A DNA stretch of 64,000 bases from Candidatus Krumholzibacteriota bacterium (lineage in GTDB: Bacteria; Krumholzibacteriota; Krumholzibacteriia; JAJRXK01), in the NCBI GenBank assembly GCA_963727455.1, contig CAVSGG010000008.1, positions 96,001 to 160,000 of the forward strand, written 5' to 3'. The notes below the pieces were generated by a model. That model searched no databases. It worked only from the letters and a program-made list of their open reading frames with translations, and was not told the origin of the DNA. Below, in pieces: positions 9,932 through 20,500 of the stretch (the first letter of the stretch is position 1; each line of letters starts with the position of its first letter). A program made the position numbers and the translations under genes.

Positions 9932-11296
9932 TCAAGGGAGAATCAAGTCCTGTCCCACCCGGAGGCTACTCGTTTTGAGATGGTTGAGTTCCCGAATCGT
10001 CACGACGCTCGTGTCGTACACACGTGCGAGATCCCAGAGGGTGTCGCCGCGGCGAACTTTGTGAGTCCGCTGTCTCACGATCTGAGGCTGTCCCTTTTCC
10101 CCGTAACGCTCGCAGTACGCGATGACCGCGCTGGTGATCGCTTTCGCAATTTCCACTTGAGTGCTGCGACGTCTCAGGTGCCTCGCCTCGGCCTTGTTGC
10201 TCAAATACCCGACCTCGACCAAAATCGAGGGCATGGAGAGGGTACGCAGGACCGCAAAGCGCGCCTGTTTGATGAAACGGGTGTCCATGCTGGAAACTCC
10301 TCCGAGATGCTCCAGCGTAAGCTCCGCGAACTGACCACTCCGGCGCAGAATTCCCGAGGACTGCAGGTCCATGAGGATCGACATCATGGTGTCGTCCACC
10401 TGATCTGTGGCGCCCATCCCCACCATGTGCGCGGCGTTCTCGCGGTTCGCCAACTCAGCGGCGGCCTGGTCGGTCGCTCCGCGGGGTGAGAGAAAATAAA
10501 TCTCCACTCCGTGCGCCCGTGAGGAACGGGCACTGTTGGCGTGGATGCTCAAGAACAAGTCCCCCTGATGCCGTCGCGCGATCTGCACCCGTCCGTGAAG
10601 GTCGACGAAGCGATCGTCGCTGCGGGTCAGGATGACCTTGAAGTTGGTCCGCGCGCGCAGCTCCTCGGCCATGTACTTCGCGATGTTCAGGACCAGGTCC
10701 TTTTCGCGGATCACTCCACAGCCGCGCGTACCAGGGTCCTTTCCACCGTGACCGGGGTCGATGACGATCACATAGGGATGACCCTCTCCCGGTGCATGCA
10801 GGGTCGGTGAACTCGCACGGCTCGCCTCGGCCTGCTTGCCAGAAGGGCTCGAGTCCTCAGAAGCGCCCCTGTCCGTGCTCGCAAGTTGCGCCACCTGCGG
10901 TTCGGAGCTGTCACTCACGTCGACTACCACGCGCGGAGGTTGCGAGCCCGAGGCGGCCAAGCTGAAGTGGGAATAGGGCAGTTGACTCTCGAGATCGAGG
11001 ACAACCTGAAGGCGATTGCGAAGATCGTTGAAGCGCACTCTCTTTACCCGCCGCTGATCCAGCTCTACCGCGCTCATGTTGAGCTTCGCGGAATGCGGAA
11101 ATTCCAGCACGATCCGTTCGGGATTGTGCACGCGTCGGATGCGATACTGGCTCACCTGACTCAGGTCGAGCACGATCCGCGTACGCTCGTCCGAGCTGGA
11201 ATGGCGTACACGCAAGAGCTGCGCGGCCGACGCATCCAGCGTGACGCACACGCTCCAAATGAGAGCGAGCGAGACGAGAAAGAGCTTCTTGATCAT
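9932..11296 (-). CDS. N-acetylmuramoyl-L-alanine amidase (AMIN + Amidase_3 + LysM)
   Basis: IDPGHGGKDPG, EKD, FLSIHANS, LVEVGYLSN; C-terminal LysM; signal peptide; alternative start at 11305. Confidence 0.92.
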   Translation of the reverse strand: MIKKLFLVSLALIWSVCVTLDASAAQLLRVRHSSSDERTRIVLDLSQVSQYRIRRVHNPERIVLEFPHSAKLNMSAVELDQRRVKRVRFNDLRNRLQVVLDLESQLPYSHFSLAASGSQPPRVVVDVSDSSEPQVAQLASTDRGASEDSSPSGKQAEASRASSPTLHAPGEGHPYVIVIDPGHGGKDPGTRGCGVIREKDLVLNIAKYMAEELRARTNFKVILTRSDDRFVDLHGRVQIARRHQGDLFLSIHANSARSSRAHGVEIYFLSPRGATDQAAAELANRENAAHMVGMGATDQVDDTMMSILMDLQSSGILRRSGQFAELTLEHLGGVSSMDTRFIKQARFAVLRTLSMPSILVEVGYLSNKAEARHLRRRSTQVEIAKAITSAVIAYCERYGEKGQPQIVRQRTHKVRRGDTLWDLARVYDTSVVTIRELNHLKTSSLRVGQDLILP

Positions 11297-11332
11297 GTGT
11301 TGCACGGAGGATGGCTGAATCCTCTCGGCGGC

Positions 11333-11361
11333 AGCCTAGATAGCCGATGCGAGCCTGTCAA
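11333..11361 (-). promoter_or_regulatory. Sigma70-type promoter of the amidase operon
   Basis: TTGACA-N17-TAGGCT. Confidence 0.6.
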
Positions 11362-11412
11362 TGTCGGGACGCGCTAAGAAGTCAATTCCAGAACTATTTC
11401 GGTGGCTTCGGC

Positions 11413-12327
11413 TCAGTCGCGGATGATGAAGAGGAAGGGATTCTCGGTCTTGCCGTTCTGCACCACTTCGTAGTGGACGTGCGGTCCAGTGCTACGACCG
11501 GTATTTCCCACGTAACCAATGAGATCGCCGCGATGGACGTGCTGCCCCTTGTGCACTGTGAAACCGTTCAGATGACCGTAGCGTGTGTGCACACCGCTCC
11601 CGTGGTCCAGCTCCACCATCTTCCCCATACGGCCACGCCGCGAAGCGCGCACCACCACTCCGTCCGCGGTTGCGTGGACCGGAGTGCCAATGGGGGCCGA
11701 AAAGTCCACGCCGTTGTGGAAGGCAGGTCGTCCGGTGAAGGGATCAATGCGCCTGCCGTAGCGGCTGGACAGATAGCCGCGCTGCAGAGGACGAATACTG
11801 GGAGTGGCCTCGCGCGCGAGTTGATCATCCTGGAGGACGCGGAGTACCTGCTGGTAGCTCTCCTCCTGGAAACGGGCCTGCCGAAGCAGTTTGTCGAGCT
11901 GGTCGGAGACCTCGCTCAGACGTTCCCGGCTCAGGGGCGTCAGGCTTTCCACGGAGGGATCCGGTGTCGGCTCCGGCCCCCCCACTCCCATTTGGATGAC
12001 CGTCTTGTCCAGAGTGCCCAGTCCGGCCAGGAGGTTGGCTCGCTCCAGGAGCTCGAAATTGCGATTCATCTGAGCTTCGTAGTCGGCCGACTTTTCCTGC
12101 AGTTGGGTGATCTTGGTCTGCAGCGCCCTGATTTCGCGGCCGCGACGTCCCTCGTCGTGCATGGCGATGCCCTGGCGCGCGAATCCGACGGTCATCACCC
12201 CAACCATCAGGAAGAGGAGTAGGAGAGCCGCGGCCAGAGCGCTCACTAAGCGCTTGCTGAGCCGCACCGTGCGCACTCCACCTTCCCCGCTCGGGACGTA
12301 GAGGAATGTCCAATGGGAGTTTTTCAT
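11413..12327 (-). CDS. M23 family metallopeptidase
   Basis: HNGVDF and STGPHVHYEV zinc motifs, TM plus coiled coil; start trimmed to MKNSHW. Confidence 0.92.
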   Translation of the reverse strand: MKNSHWTFLYVPSGEGGVRTVRLSKRLVSALAAALLLLFLMVGVMTVGFARQGIAMHDEGRRGREIRALQTKITQLQEKSADYEAQMNRNFELLERANLLAGLGTLDKTVIQMGVGGPEPTPDPSVESLTPLSRERLSEVSDQLDKLLRQARFQEESYQQVLRVLQDDQLAREATPSIRPLQRGYLSSRYGRRIDPFTGRPAFHNGVDFSAPIGTPVHATADGVVVRASRRGRMGKMVELDHGSGVHTRYGHLNGFTVHKGQHVHRGDLIGYVGNTGRSTGPHVHYEVVQNGKTENPFLFIIRD

Positions 12328-12403
12328 CGTTTCGTGATTGGAGCTCTGTTGGCGGTCGTTCGCGGTTTGGGTTCGTGCGGGGCCTGATCCGAAGAGCCGC
12401 GCT

Positions 12404-12432
12404 ACGTTACGCAGGCCCTCGCGGCTTGTCAA
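12404..12432 (-). promoter_or_regulatory. Sigma70-type promoter of the M23 gene
   Basis: TTGACA-N17-TAACGT. Confidence 0.6.
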
Positions 12433-12526
12433 GCCGGCCCCACCGGTCCAACGCGGATCAGCAAAAGATGTTCCAAGAAATTCCGCCCCACTCCCGGCGC
12501 TGGCCGGAGGCGCCCAATCGCGCCCC

Positions 12527-13393
12527 TCAGCCCTCGTCGTAGTGCATTCGCAGAACCTCGCATTCTTGGTCGGCTTCGCGCAGACGTCGCAGAGCACGCT
12601 CCTTGAGCTGGCGGATTCGCTCACGGGTGAGATTCATCCGCTGGCCAATCTCTTCTAAGGTCAATGAACGTACCTCATTCATGCCGTAATAGAGCTGGAG
12701 AATCTCCGCTTCTCGCTGGGGAAGACCGGTGAGGGCCTTCTCGATGTCGTCGCGGCGGCTCCGCTCCAGAAGGGGCACCTCCGCGCCTCTCTCGGGGCGA
12801 TCGGCCAGGGTCTCGACGTAGCTCCGGCCATCCTCGTCCGAAAGAAGATCATCGAGATACGCCTCGGATTGACCCACGCAGAGCGCCTCGCGGACTTCGG
12901 GCTCGCTATAGCCGCAATCGGCCGCGATCTCGTCGGGCCGCGGATCGCGGCCGAGAACCTGCTGCAGACGTCCCTGCGACTTGGTGACGCGGTGCAGAAC
13001 CGCGGTGCGATTCTGGGGCAGGCGAACTACCCGAGATTGGTCCGAGAGCGCCTGCAGGATGGACTGGCGGATCCACCACACTGCGTAGGAGATGAACTTG
13101 AAGCCCCGCTTCTCGTCGAAGCGATGCGCCGCCTTCATCAGGCCCAGATTGCCCTCGTTGATAAGGTCCTGCAGTGAGAGACCCTGATTCATGTATTGCT
13201 TGGCCACGGTGACCACGAATCGGAGATTCGCGCGCACCATCTCGTGCGCGGCCTCCTCGTCACCGTCGTGAATCCTGCGAGCCAGACGAATTTCGTCGTC
13301 CTTGGTAAGAAGCGGATAGCGTCCGATCTCTCGCAGGTATTGTTCGAGACTGCGTTCGTTCCTTCCTCCACCTCGTGCGCGATGGCGGATCAT
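12527..13393 (-). CDS. RNA polymerase sigma-70 factor, RpoD/SigA family lacking region 1.1
   Basis: QYLREIGRYPLL, ANLRFVVTVAKQY, DLINEGNLGL, SYAVWWIRQ, TLEEIG..LTRERIRQ. Confidence 0.92.
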   Translation of the reverse strand: MIRHRARGGGRNERSLEQYLREIGRYPLLTKDDEIRLARRIHDGDEEAAHEMVRANLRFVVTVAKQYMNQGLSLQDLINEGNLGLMKAAHRFDEKRGFKFISYAVWWIRQSILQALSDQSRVVRLPQNRTAVLHRVTKSQGRLQQVLGRDPRPDEIAADCGYSEPEVREALCVGQSEAYLDDLLSDEDGRSYVETLADRPERGAEVPLLERSRRDDIEKALTGLPQREAEILQLYYGMNEVRSLTLEEIGQRMNLTRERIRQLKERALRRLREADQECEVLRMHYDEG

Positions 13394-13539
13394 GACAAGG
13401 TTCCTGACCTGGGGTACGGATCTCAGCGACCGGCTCGCTGATCGGTTGACTTCACCCCCTCCTTCGACATGGACGGTGGCAAGCCCGCCCTACCGCGTGC
13501 GCTCTGATCGGCGAGATAGAGCGCAGCGGAAATTCACGA

Positions 13540-15111
13540 TCAAGGTTGCTCCGGAGCCTTTTTTGGCGAGGGCTTCGGATCGATTTCGAGATAACTGTTC
13601 ATGTCGCCACGGCGCACCAGAAGTCGTATGGGATTCCCATCCTTCGCTCCCTGGCGCGCCTGCAACTGGATCTGAAAGACTGCGTAGGAATCGTCGTTGC
13701 CCTCCAGCGGCACTCCGTCGAATTCCACGATCAGATCTCCCGGACGAAGTCTCGCCCGGTCGGCGGGACTGTTCTTCCACACTCGCACCACCACGATGCC
13801 TTCCTCGTCCGAAAGATCGAACTCCTCTTTGAGGGTCTGCACCTGCGGATCAGGGCTATCCAGGGGCGCCGCGGTGAATCCGAGCCAGGGCTCGGATTCG
13901 CTTGGATTGCCGTTCGCATCGTGGGAGGCGAGCGCCGCCGCTTCGTCGTATTCGTCCAGCACCACATCGAAGTCGAGCGGTTTGCCGTCGCGCATGACGC
14001 GCAGGTGAGCCTTCGACCCCACTTCGGATTCCGCGACGCGGAAACGCAGGGCCGGGATGTGCTCCACGGGTTCGCCGTTGTACTCAGTGAGAACGTCTCC
14101 CGCCTTCAGCCCCGCGCGCGCGCTCGGGGTGTCGGGAAGGACCTCGGTGATCACCACTCCCTGATCCTCCGGGATCGTCTGGCCCTGTTGGCGCAGGTTC
14201 TCGATCTCCGCCATGGTAATGCCGAGATAGCCGCGCCGTACGCGACCGAACTCACGGATCTGCTGATAGACGTAGCTGGTAAGGCGCGCGGGAATCGCGA
14301 AACCGATGCCCTGACCGGCCCGGTTGATGGCGGTGTTCACTCCGATCACGTCGCCGCTGATGTCCACCAAGGGCCCACCACTGTTGCCGGGATTGATCGC
14401 CGCATCGGTCTGCAGAAAGTTCTGGTAGCGCAGCATGTCCGCGCCCTGGATGGCCAGGTTGGCGCGACCCTTGGCGCTGATGACGCCGACGGTCAGGCTG
14501 CCTTCCAGCTCTCCCAGTGGATTCCCAATGGCGATGGCCCAATCACCCACGCGGATTCCGTCGCTGTCACCGAAGCGCAGATAGTGGAGCTCGTGACCGG
14601 GCTCGACCTTGATGACCGCCAGGTCCGTGGCAGGGTCCGCCCCGACCACTTTGGCCGTCAGGGGTTCGCTCACTCCGGCCAACTTGACGTGAATGTTGTC
14701 GGCGTTCTCGATGACGTGGTTGTTGGTGACGATGTATCCGTCGGATGAGACCACGAAACCCGAACCGGCACCGGGTACGTCGAAGTCCGGATGATGGAAA
14801 TCGCGCCCCTTGGGGAAGAACTCGCGGAACATCTCGCGCAAACTGCTATCGCTACTGGAGCTGTGCACGGTTCGAATGGCAACGACTGCAGGAGTCACGC
14901 GCTCGGCCACCTTGACGAAGGGCGAGTGCGGGGTTTGGGTCGCGGGAACTCCGCCCCCTTCCGCAGCAGTGGCAAGCTTGGTCGAGAAAAAGAGGGAACT
15001 CGCGCACAGTACGAGACTACAAGTGAGCAGCACAGCCAGACCCGCAAGTAACTCAAGCCGCTTGCGCGGAGAGGTCGGGGTATGTGAAAACTTGGCGTAT
15101 TCAGTTTGCAT
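13540..15111 (-). CDS. HtrA/DegQ family serine endoprotease with two PDZ domains
   Basis: TNNHV, DLAVIK, QTDAAINPGNSGG catalytic triad; two PDZ domains. Confidence 0.95.
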   Translation of the reverse strand: MQTEYAKFSHTPTSPRKRLELLAGLAVLLTCSLVLCASSLFFSTKLATAAEGGGVPATQTPHSPFVKVAERVTPAVVAIRTVHSSSSDSSLREMFREFFPKGRDFHHPDFDVPGAGSGFVVSSDGYIVTNNHVIENADNIHVKLAGVSEPLTAKVVGADPATDLAVIKVEPGHELHYLRFGDSDGIRVGDWAIAIGNPLGELEGSLTVGVISAKGRANLAIQGADMLRYQNFLQTDAAINPGNSGGPLVDISGDVIGVNTAINRAGQGIGFAIPARLTSYVYQQIREFGRVRRGYLGITMAEIENLRQQGQTIPEDQGVVITEVLPDTPSARAGLKAGDVLTEYNGEPVEHIPALRFRVAESEVGSKAHLRVMRDGKPLDFDVVLDEYDEAAALASHDANGNPSESEPWLGFTAAPLDSPDPQVQTLKEEFDLSDEEGIVVVRVWKNSPADRARLRPGDLIVEFDGVPLEGNDDSYAVFQIQLQARQGAKDGNPIRLLVRRGDMNSYLEIDPKPSPKKAPEQP

Positions 15112-15271
15112 CGAGCACGACCATCCTACTACTGCTCAACCTCTGACCTCGGCCTGATCCCAAGCCCGGGGGCAAATGCAGCTCGGATCGATCGTCCAGT
15201 GGAACGGAGGAGGTTGGGAGCCTCCTGGCAAGCCCGTTCTAGTTCCAGAATAGCAGCAAGCGCCGGCACGG

Positions 15272-15670
15272 TCAATCTGGACGATCGGTCGCCTCCGCTT
15301 CGGCAGCGCCCTCCTCGGCCTGCTCGGCGCTCCGCTCCGTGGTCTCCTCGGCGCCTTCGGCGGCGGGCTTCGACTTGGACTCCCGCAGCTCCTGCATCTC
15401 CTCCTCGGCCTGATGCAGCTCCTCCTGATGGCGTGCAATCCGGCCCATTTCGGCCCTCACGGTGGCATCCGTGCTCAGAACCGCGTTTTCGTCCTCGCTC
15501 ATCAGGCGGTGCACCAGGCGCCCCAGACGCGCGTAATCCCGTTCGAGATCGCGTGCGATTCCATGGCGGTCGTAGGCCCTCATTCCCAGGCGAGCCAGTC
15601 GATCGGTGCCCTGAGCCGCCTCCTGGAACCAATTCCCCATGCTATGCTTGACGTCTTCCCACGAGTTCAT
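15272..15670 (-). CDS. Hypothetical coiled-coil protein
   Basis: AAGGAG RBS before MNSWEDVK; helical, acidic tail. Confidence 0.7.
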   Translation of the reverse strand: MNSWEDVKHSMGNWFQEAAQGTDRLARLGMRAYDRHGIARDLERDYARLGRLVHRLMSEDENAVLSTDATVRAEMGRIARHQEELHQAEEEMQELRESKSKPAAEGAEETTERSAEQAEEGAAEAEATDRPD

Positions 15671-15761
15671 GGCATTCTCCTTCCCGCCCGCGGTTGCCCG
15701 CACCCGGGGCTTCGTCTAACCTGCGTTCACGCCGGCGGGGACGTGGACCAGGAATCTCATA

Positions 15762-16511
15762 ATGACAGAAACCGTCTATTTTGCCAGTGACACGCACTTC
15801 GGAGCCATGGCCGCATCGCGCGAACGAGCCCGAATCCAGCGCTTTCTCAACTGGTTGCAGAGTTTGGAGGATGGCTCCGAGCTCATCCTCCTGGGGGATA
15901 TTTTCGACTTCTGGCTGGACTATCCCACCTTCATGCCCAAGACGCACCTGGAGATTCTCTATGGGCTCAGAAAGCTGCAAGACCGCGGCGGGCAGATCTC
16001 TTTCGTGGGGGGAAACCACGACGTTTGGTGCGCGAATTTTCTGCGCGAGGAGCTGGACATCCCCACGCTCGCCAGCGGTACCGTCATCGAGCGGCAGGGA
16101 AGCAAGCTACGGCTGGATCACGGCGACGGCATCCTGAGCGGCGACATCTTCTACCGGGGCTTTCGGGCGGCGGTGCGCAATCCCTTCCTAGTGTTCCTCG
16201 CCAAGTCCCTCCATCCGGAGATCTTGAACTGGCTGGCCAACCAGATTTCCCATGCCTCGCGCAAGAAAGGCAGGAGTTATGGCAAGGCCTTGGACGGGGC
16301 CATTCGGCGCTACGGCGAGCAGCACGATCACTCGGACGTCGACTACCTGGTGATCGGACACATCCATCACCCCTGCAACGAGAGCTTCGATTCCTGGCGT
16401 CTGGTCTGTCTGGGAGATTGGGTGCAGCACCACACCTACGGGCGATTGCGGAATGGAAAACTCGAGGTTCTCACGGCCGAAGAACCCTCCAGCGAGGCCG
16501 TGGGCGCCTGA
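15762..16511 (+). CDS. lpxH: UDP-2,3-diacylglucosamine diphosphatase-like metallophosphoesterase
   Basis: SDTHFG, LGDIFDFW, GNHD, HGD, GHIH, LGDW. Confidence 0.8.
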   Translation: MTETVYFASDTHFGAMAASRERARIQRFLNWLQSLEDGSELILLGDIFDFWLDYPTFMPKTHLEILYGLRKLQDRGGQISFVGGNHDVWCANFLREELDIPTLASGTVIERQGSKLRLDHGDGILSGDIFYRGFRAAVRNPFLVFLAKSLHPEILNWLANQISHASRKKGRSYGKALDGAIRRYGEQHDHSDVDYLVIGHIHHPCNESFDSWRLVCLGDWVQHHTYGRLRNGKLEVLTAEEPSSEAVGA

Positions 16512-16518
16512 GTGCGAA

Positions 16519-17448
16519 TCAGGGCAGGAAGGCGAAGGACAGCGAGATGCGGTGGTCGTCCGAGAGATCGTTGCCGCTGTCCATGTAGGCGTAATCCACG
16601 CTCAAGCTTCCCGCGTGATAGCCCAGGCCCGCCGTGAGTCCGTAGGAATCGTAGTTGATGCGATAGCCGGCTCGCAGCGCGAAGCTCGAGTGGAGCCTCA
16701 TCTCGCCTCCCACGTGAATACGTCCATTGCCGTCATTGGGCAGCACGAGGTCGGTGGCCAGAGTGAGGTTTTCCGCCATCCCCTCCCCCTCGGTGTGCGG
16801 GGTGTAGCTCGCGCCCAGACGGGTGGTGAGGGGCAGATCGTAGGGTTCTTCCTTCAGGGTCATCTGTCCGCCGAGATTGGCGACGGCCGCGGCCAGGGTC
16901 AGACCGGGGATCTTGCTGCGGTGGCTGATCCCCAGATCCAGGGCCAGGCCCGCGGCGCTGTAGGCATCGATGCGCTCGTACAGGAACTTCCCTACCAGGC
17001 CCAGCGAGAAATCCTTGAATTGGTAGGCGTAGCCCAGGCCCACCGCGAGTTGGTAGGGCTGGAACTCTCCCTGGTACACGCCGATTCGATCCAGAGTGGT
17101 GCGTGGGATGGACTCACTATAGAAGCCACTGAAGATGAGACCGATGGCGCCTTTGGGGAGGCGATGACTCACAGCCGCAGCCTCCTGCCGGAAGAGGCTG
17201 AAATGTTCAACGTGCTGCAGGGTGAGGTTCGTTCCCTCAGCGAGCACGAGGTTGGCAGGGTTGTAGTACATGGCCGTCGCGCCGGTCGACTCGGCAACGC
17301 CCACGTCCCCCATCGCGCCGTTGCGGGCCCCGATACCGAACCTGAGGGAGAGAAATCCCGCGTCCCCGGGATTTCCCGCCCAGGCAGAGGGCGCGATCGC
17401 CAGGAAGACGAAAAGCGTCGCGATGGCGAAACAGGATGATTTGCGCAT
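16519..17448 (-). CDS. PorV/PorQ family outer-membrane beta-barrel
   Basis: Signal peptide; FLSLRFGIGARNGAMG...YYNPA; C-terminal VDYAY...HRISLSFAF; start trimmed to MRKSS. Confidence 0.8.
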   Translation of the reverse strand: MRKSSCFAIATLFVFLAIAPSAWAGNPGDAGFLSLRFGIGARNGAMGDVGVAESTGATAMYYNPANLVLAEGTNLTLQHVEHFSLFRQEAAAVSHRLPKGAIGLIFSGFYSESIPRTTLDRIGVYQGEFQPYQLAVGLGYAYQFKDFSLGLVGKFLYERIDAYSAAGLALDLGISHRSKIPGLTLAAAVANLGGQMTLKEEPYDLPLTTRLGASYTPHTEGEGMAENLTLATDLVLPNDGNGRIHVGGEMRLHSSFALRAGYRINYDSYGLTAGLGYHAGSLSVDYAYMDSGNDLSDDHRISLSFAFLP

Positions 17449-17540
17449 GAGGCTCCCCCAGGGATTCGAATCGCGCCCGCGGCGCGGATTGGAGAATTGA
17501 GTATACAGCTCCCACAGAGACCTTGGCAAAGACCAGCGTC

Positions 17541-20500
17541 TCATCGAACGATAGCAAAGGGTTTGAAGGCGACGCTGCCTTCGGTTTCCACCTTCGCCAC
17601 ATAGAGCCCGGCGACCAGACCATTCAGAGGGATCTCGAACTCCAATTGACCCGGCCCCTCGCCGCGGACTGTGCCCGTCTGGCGCACCACCTGTCCTTGC
17701 AAGTCGAAGACGGTCGAGCGCACCTGAGCCGAGCGGTGCAGCTGAATTCGCACATGCACGCTGGGACCGTCCGCCGGGTTGGGGTAAAGAACGAGGTCCT
17801 CGTCGGCGAAGGCCTCGCCTCCGCCAGGAATGGCACTCCCGCTCGAGTCGAGCGCTTGGTGTCCGGTTCCCCAGGCATCCGCCCCACCCTGGTTCCAGGG
17901 CGCAAAGCGCGTGCTGGGAATCGACAGACCATAGACGCGGATCTCCCCCACGCGATGGGTGAGTGGCAAGCGCTCCTCGAAGTCCGTTCCCGTGAGAGCG
18001 TCGAAGCCCGAGGCCAGGACGAGTTCGAGCTGCCCGTCTCCGTCGAGATCCGCCACTGCGGGCGAGCCGCAGGGTTCGCCGGGACCCTGGATGGGCCATC
18101 CTGGCAGACTCTCAGATTCCAGATTCACCGCGTGGACCCGTCCCACCCGATCGTGCCACAGCGCTTCCACTCTTCCGTCCCCGTCGAGATCCACGAGCAG
18201 CGGAGCGGCGGGAACGCTGCCCTCGATCGCTGCCGTGGAATAGCCGGGCTGGTAGGGGCCGCCGGTGAGCTGCGCGAGATTTCGGTCCAGAAGCCACAGT
18301 TCATCGCCCGCCACCACGGCCAACACGGGGTCGCCGTTCTCGCGCGCTGGCCCACCCACCAGGGCCGACCAAGGCGTGGGAAGGGTGCGGCCGTGGGCGG
18401 TCAGCGGGGTGCGAGGAACTCCCATGGTGTCGATCAAGGCCAAGCCCAGCCACATGTCACCCCGGAAGCGGTAGCTCAAGAGCTCCGCCGGTGTCTCCAG
18501 AACCAGTGGGACCGGCGGCGTGAGCGCCGCTTTGGCGAGCTTTGCGGGCCCGCGCAGGAGAATGCGGCCCGCGCGATTCTCAGGGATTCCCCCACCGACC
18601 GCGAGATAGAGTACTCCGGTGCCGCCATCGATCAGCACGCCGCGGCGCGCGGCTCCGTCGCAACGATCGGGGGAGATGCTGACGCTGGGTGCCGCCGTGC
18701 CGTCCCACTGCACGAGACTCGCGCCCACCGGATCCCCCTCCTGCAAGCCGCGGAAGATCATGACCAGATCGGCCTGTGACCGGGGTATGGCGTCGGCGAG
18801 AGTGCCGCTATGGGGAGCCAAGATGCAGGGGTGCGAGAGCTGCGTCGGCGCTCCATCCACCTGGGGTGCGGCCAAAAACAGCCCAAAGGTCGCCGGATTC
18901 CCATCGCCATCGCGCAGCTCGTTCCCCTGCGGGTCGAAAGCGAAGACCCCTTCTGCTGCGCTGAGGAAGATCTCCGGAGTACCATCGCCGTCGAGATCGC
19001 CGACGACGGGGGCGCCCAGCCAGTTCGGCGGACCATCAGCTCCGGTAGCGCGCGCGAGCACGGCGGGATTGTTGGGATCGGCTCCGGCTGACCAGGGTGA
19101 GAGATCGCCATGCAAGACCAACAGCGCGCCCTCATCGCCCGCCAGGAGGATCTCGGGTACTCCGTCGCCATCCAGGTCCGCGAGTCGCACATCGTCCAGC
19201 GGCCCATCCGCCGCAAGCTTGCGCTGCGCCTGAAGGGTGACGCCGGCCGCCTGCAGCTCAGGAGCGAAAGCGAGATCGAAGCCGAGTCGATCCCGATACA
19301 GAAAGCGGTTGGCATAGGGACAGTCGGGACCCGGATTGCACGCTTCGATCCCCAGCTGCACGCTGTCGATTCCGCTGATGGAGAACCCGATCGAGGCGCC
19401 ATCATAGCTCAAACTGCTGGGCAAGGTGTCATCCGCGAAGCGCGTGCCGAAGAGTTGGTCTCCGATGAGCACACCCTCTCCGCGGAAGCAGTCGCGATCC
19501 CATCCCAAGAGGAAACGCGAGGCCTTGAGGGTATCGAGATCCTGGACACCGTCCGCTTCTTCGAGGTCGACGCCCTTGCGCTTGGGATCGGCATTGATCG
19601 TGTTCGATCCGGCGTTCAACGACTCCTGGATGACGCGCTCGTCGATGTGCCACACGTAGAGGCCGTTGCCGCGCCCCGGCCCGCGCAGTGAGCCATCCGA
19701 GTCGTTCACGGGGAATTCGCTCATGAAGAAATCCCACTCCGCCCCAAGCGTGCTCTCCCAGGTGTCAGTCGCGGGGTCGAAGGTCGATGTGGGCTCTCCG
19801 TCTCCACTACTGCTGTCCGCGTCGTAAAAATCCGGCACCCGGTTCCCGTTGAGGTCGTCGAAGCTGAAAGTGAAAGTCCCGTCAGGATCCTGAAGACGGT
19901 ATTCCAGCAGGAAGTACTCGCGGTCGGTGATGGGAACTTTGACCAGGAGGGTGTCCCCCACTCCCGTCTCGATGGGCGGCAACTCGACCCGCGTGTCGGA
20001 ATCGATCGTCACGGCATCCACCCAGCCCATGAGCATGCGATTCATGGCACATGGCTCGGCGGGAACGATGCCGAGTCCGGTGAAAAGCCCGTAACCCATC
20101 AGGCCGTAGTTCCCGATCCCCTGACTGTCGGGACGTCCTTCTGGAGTGAAGTCCGCCAGACTGAGCATTCCCAATCGCAGCCCCACCTCAAAGCAGTAGA
20201 CGCCTCGCATTCCGAAAAAACCATTGAGGCCGAGCGAGGCCACCGCGTCTTGCGTCTCGGTTTCAGGCAGAATGAGGACGTGACGGATCAGAACTCCATC
20301 CTGCGTGCTGATCCCCGGCTCGGTGAGAACGGTGTCCGCCATGGCCTGCTCGAAATCGCGGCGATCCAGGTAGTTCGAAAATAGCTGCTGAGGGCTGTCG
20401 TTGTTGATGTCGGTCTCTCGTCCGGCGCCGGCGTGGATGAGGACCAGCGTATCGAAGTCGTTGAAGTCCACTTCGGGGTCGATGGCCTCCACCACCTGCT

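Noticed and set aside
17449-18099. N-terminal extension of the PorV-like ORF in the ORF track
   Set aside because: Overlaps the upstream gene in another frame; the signal peptide begins at 17448.
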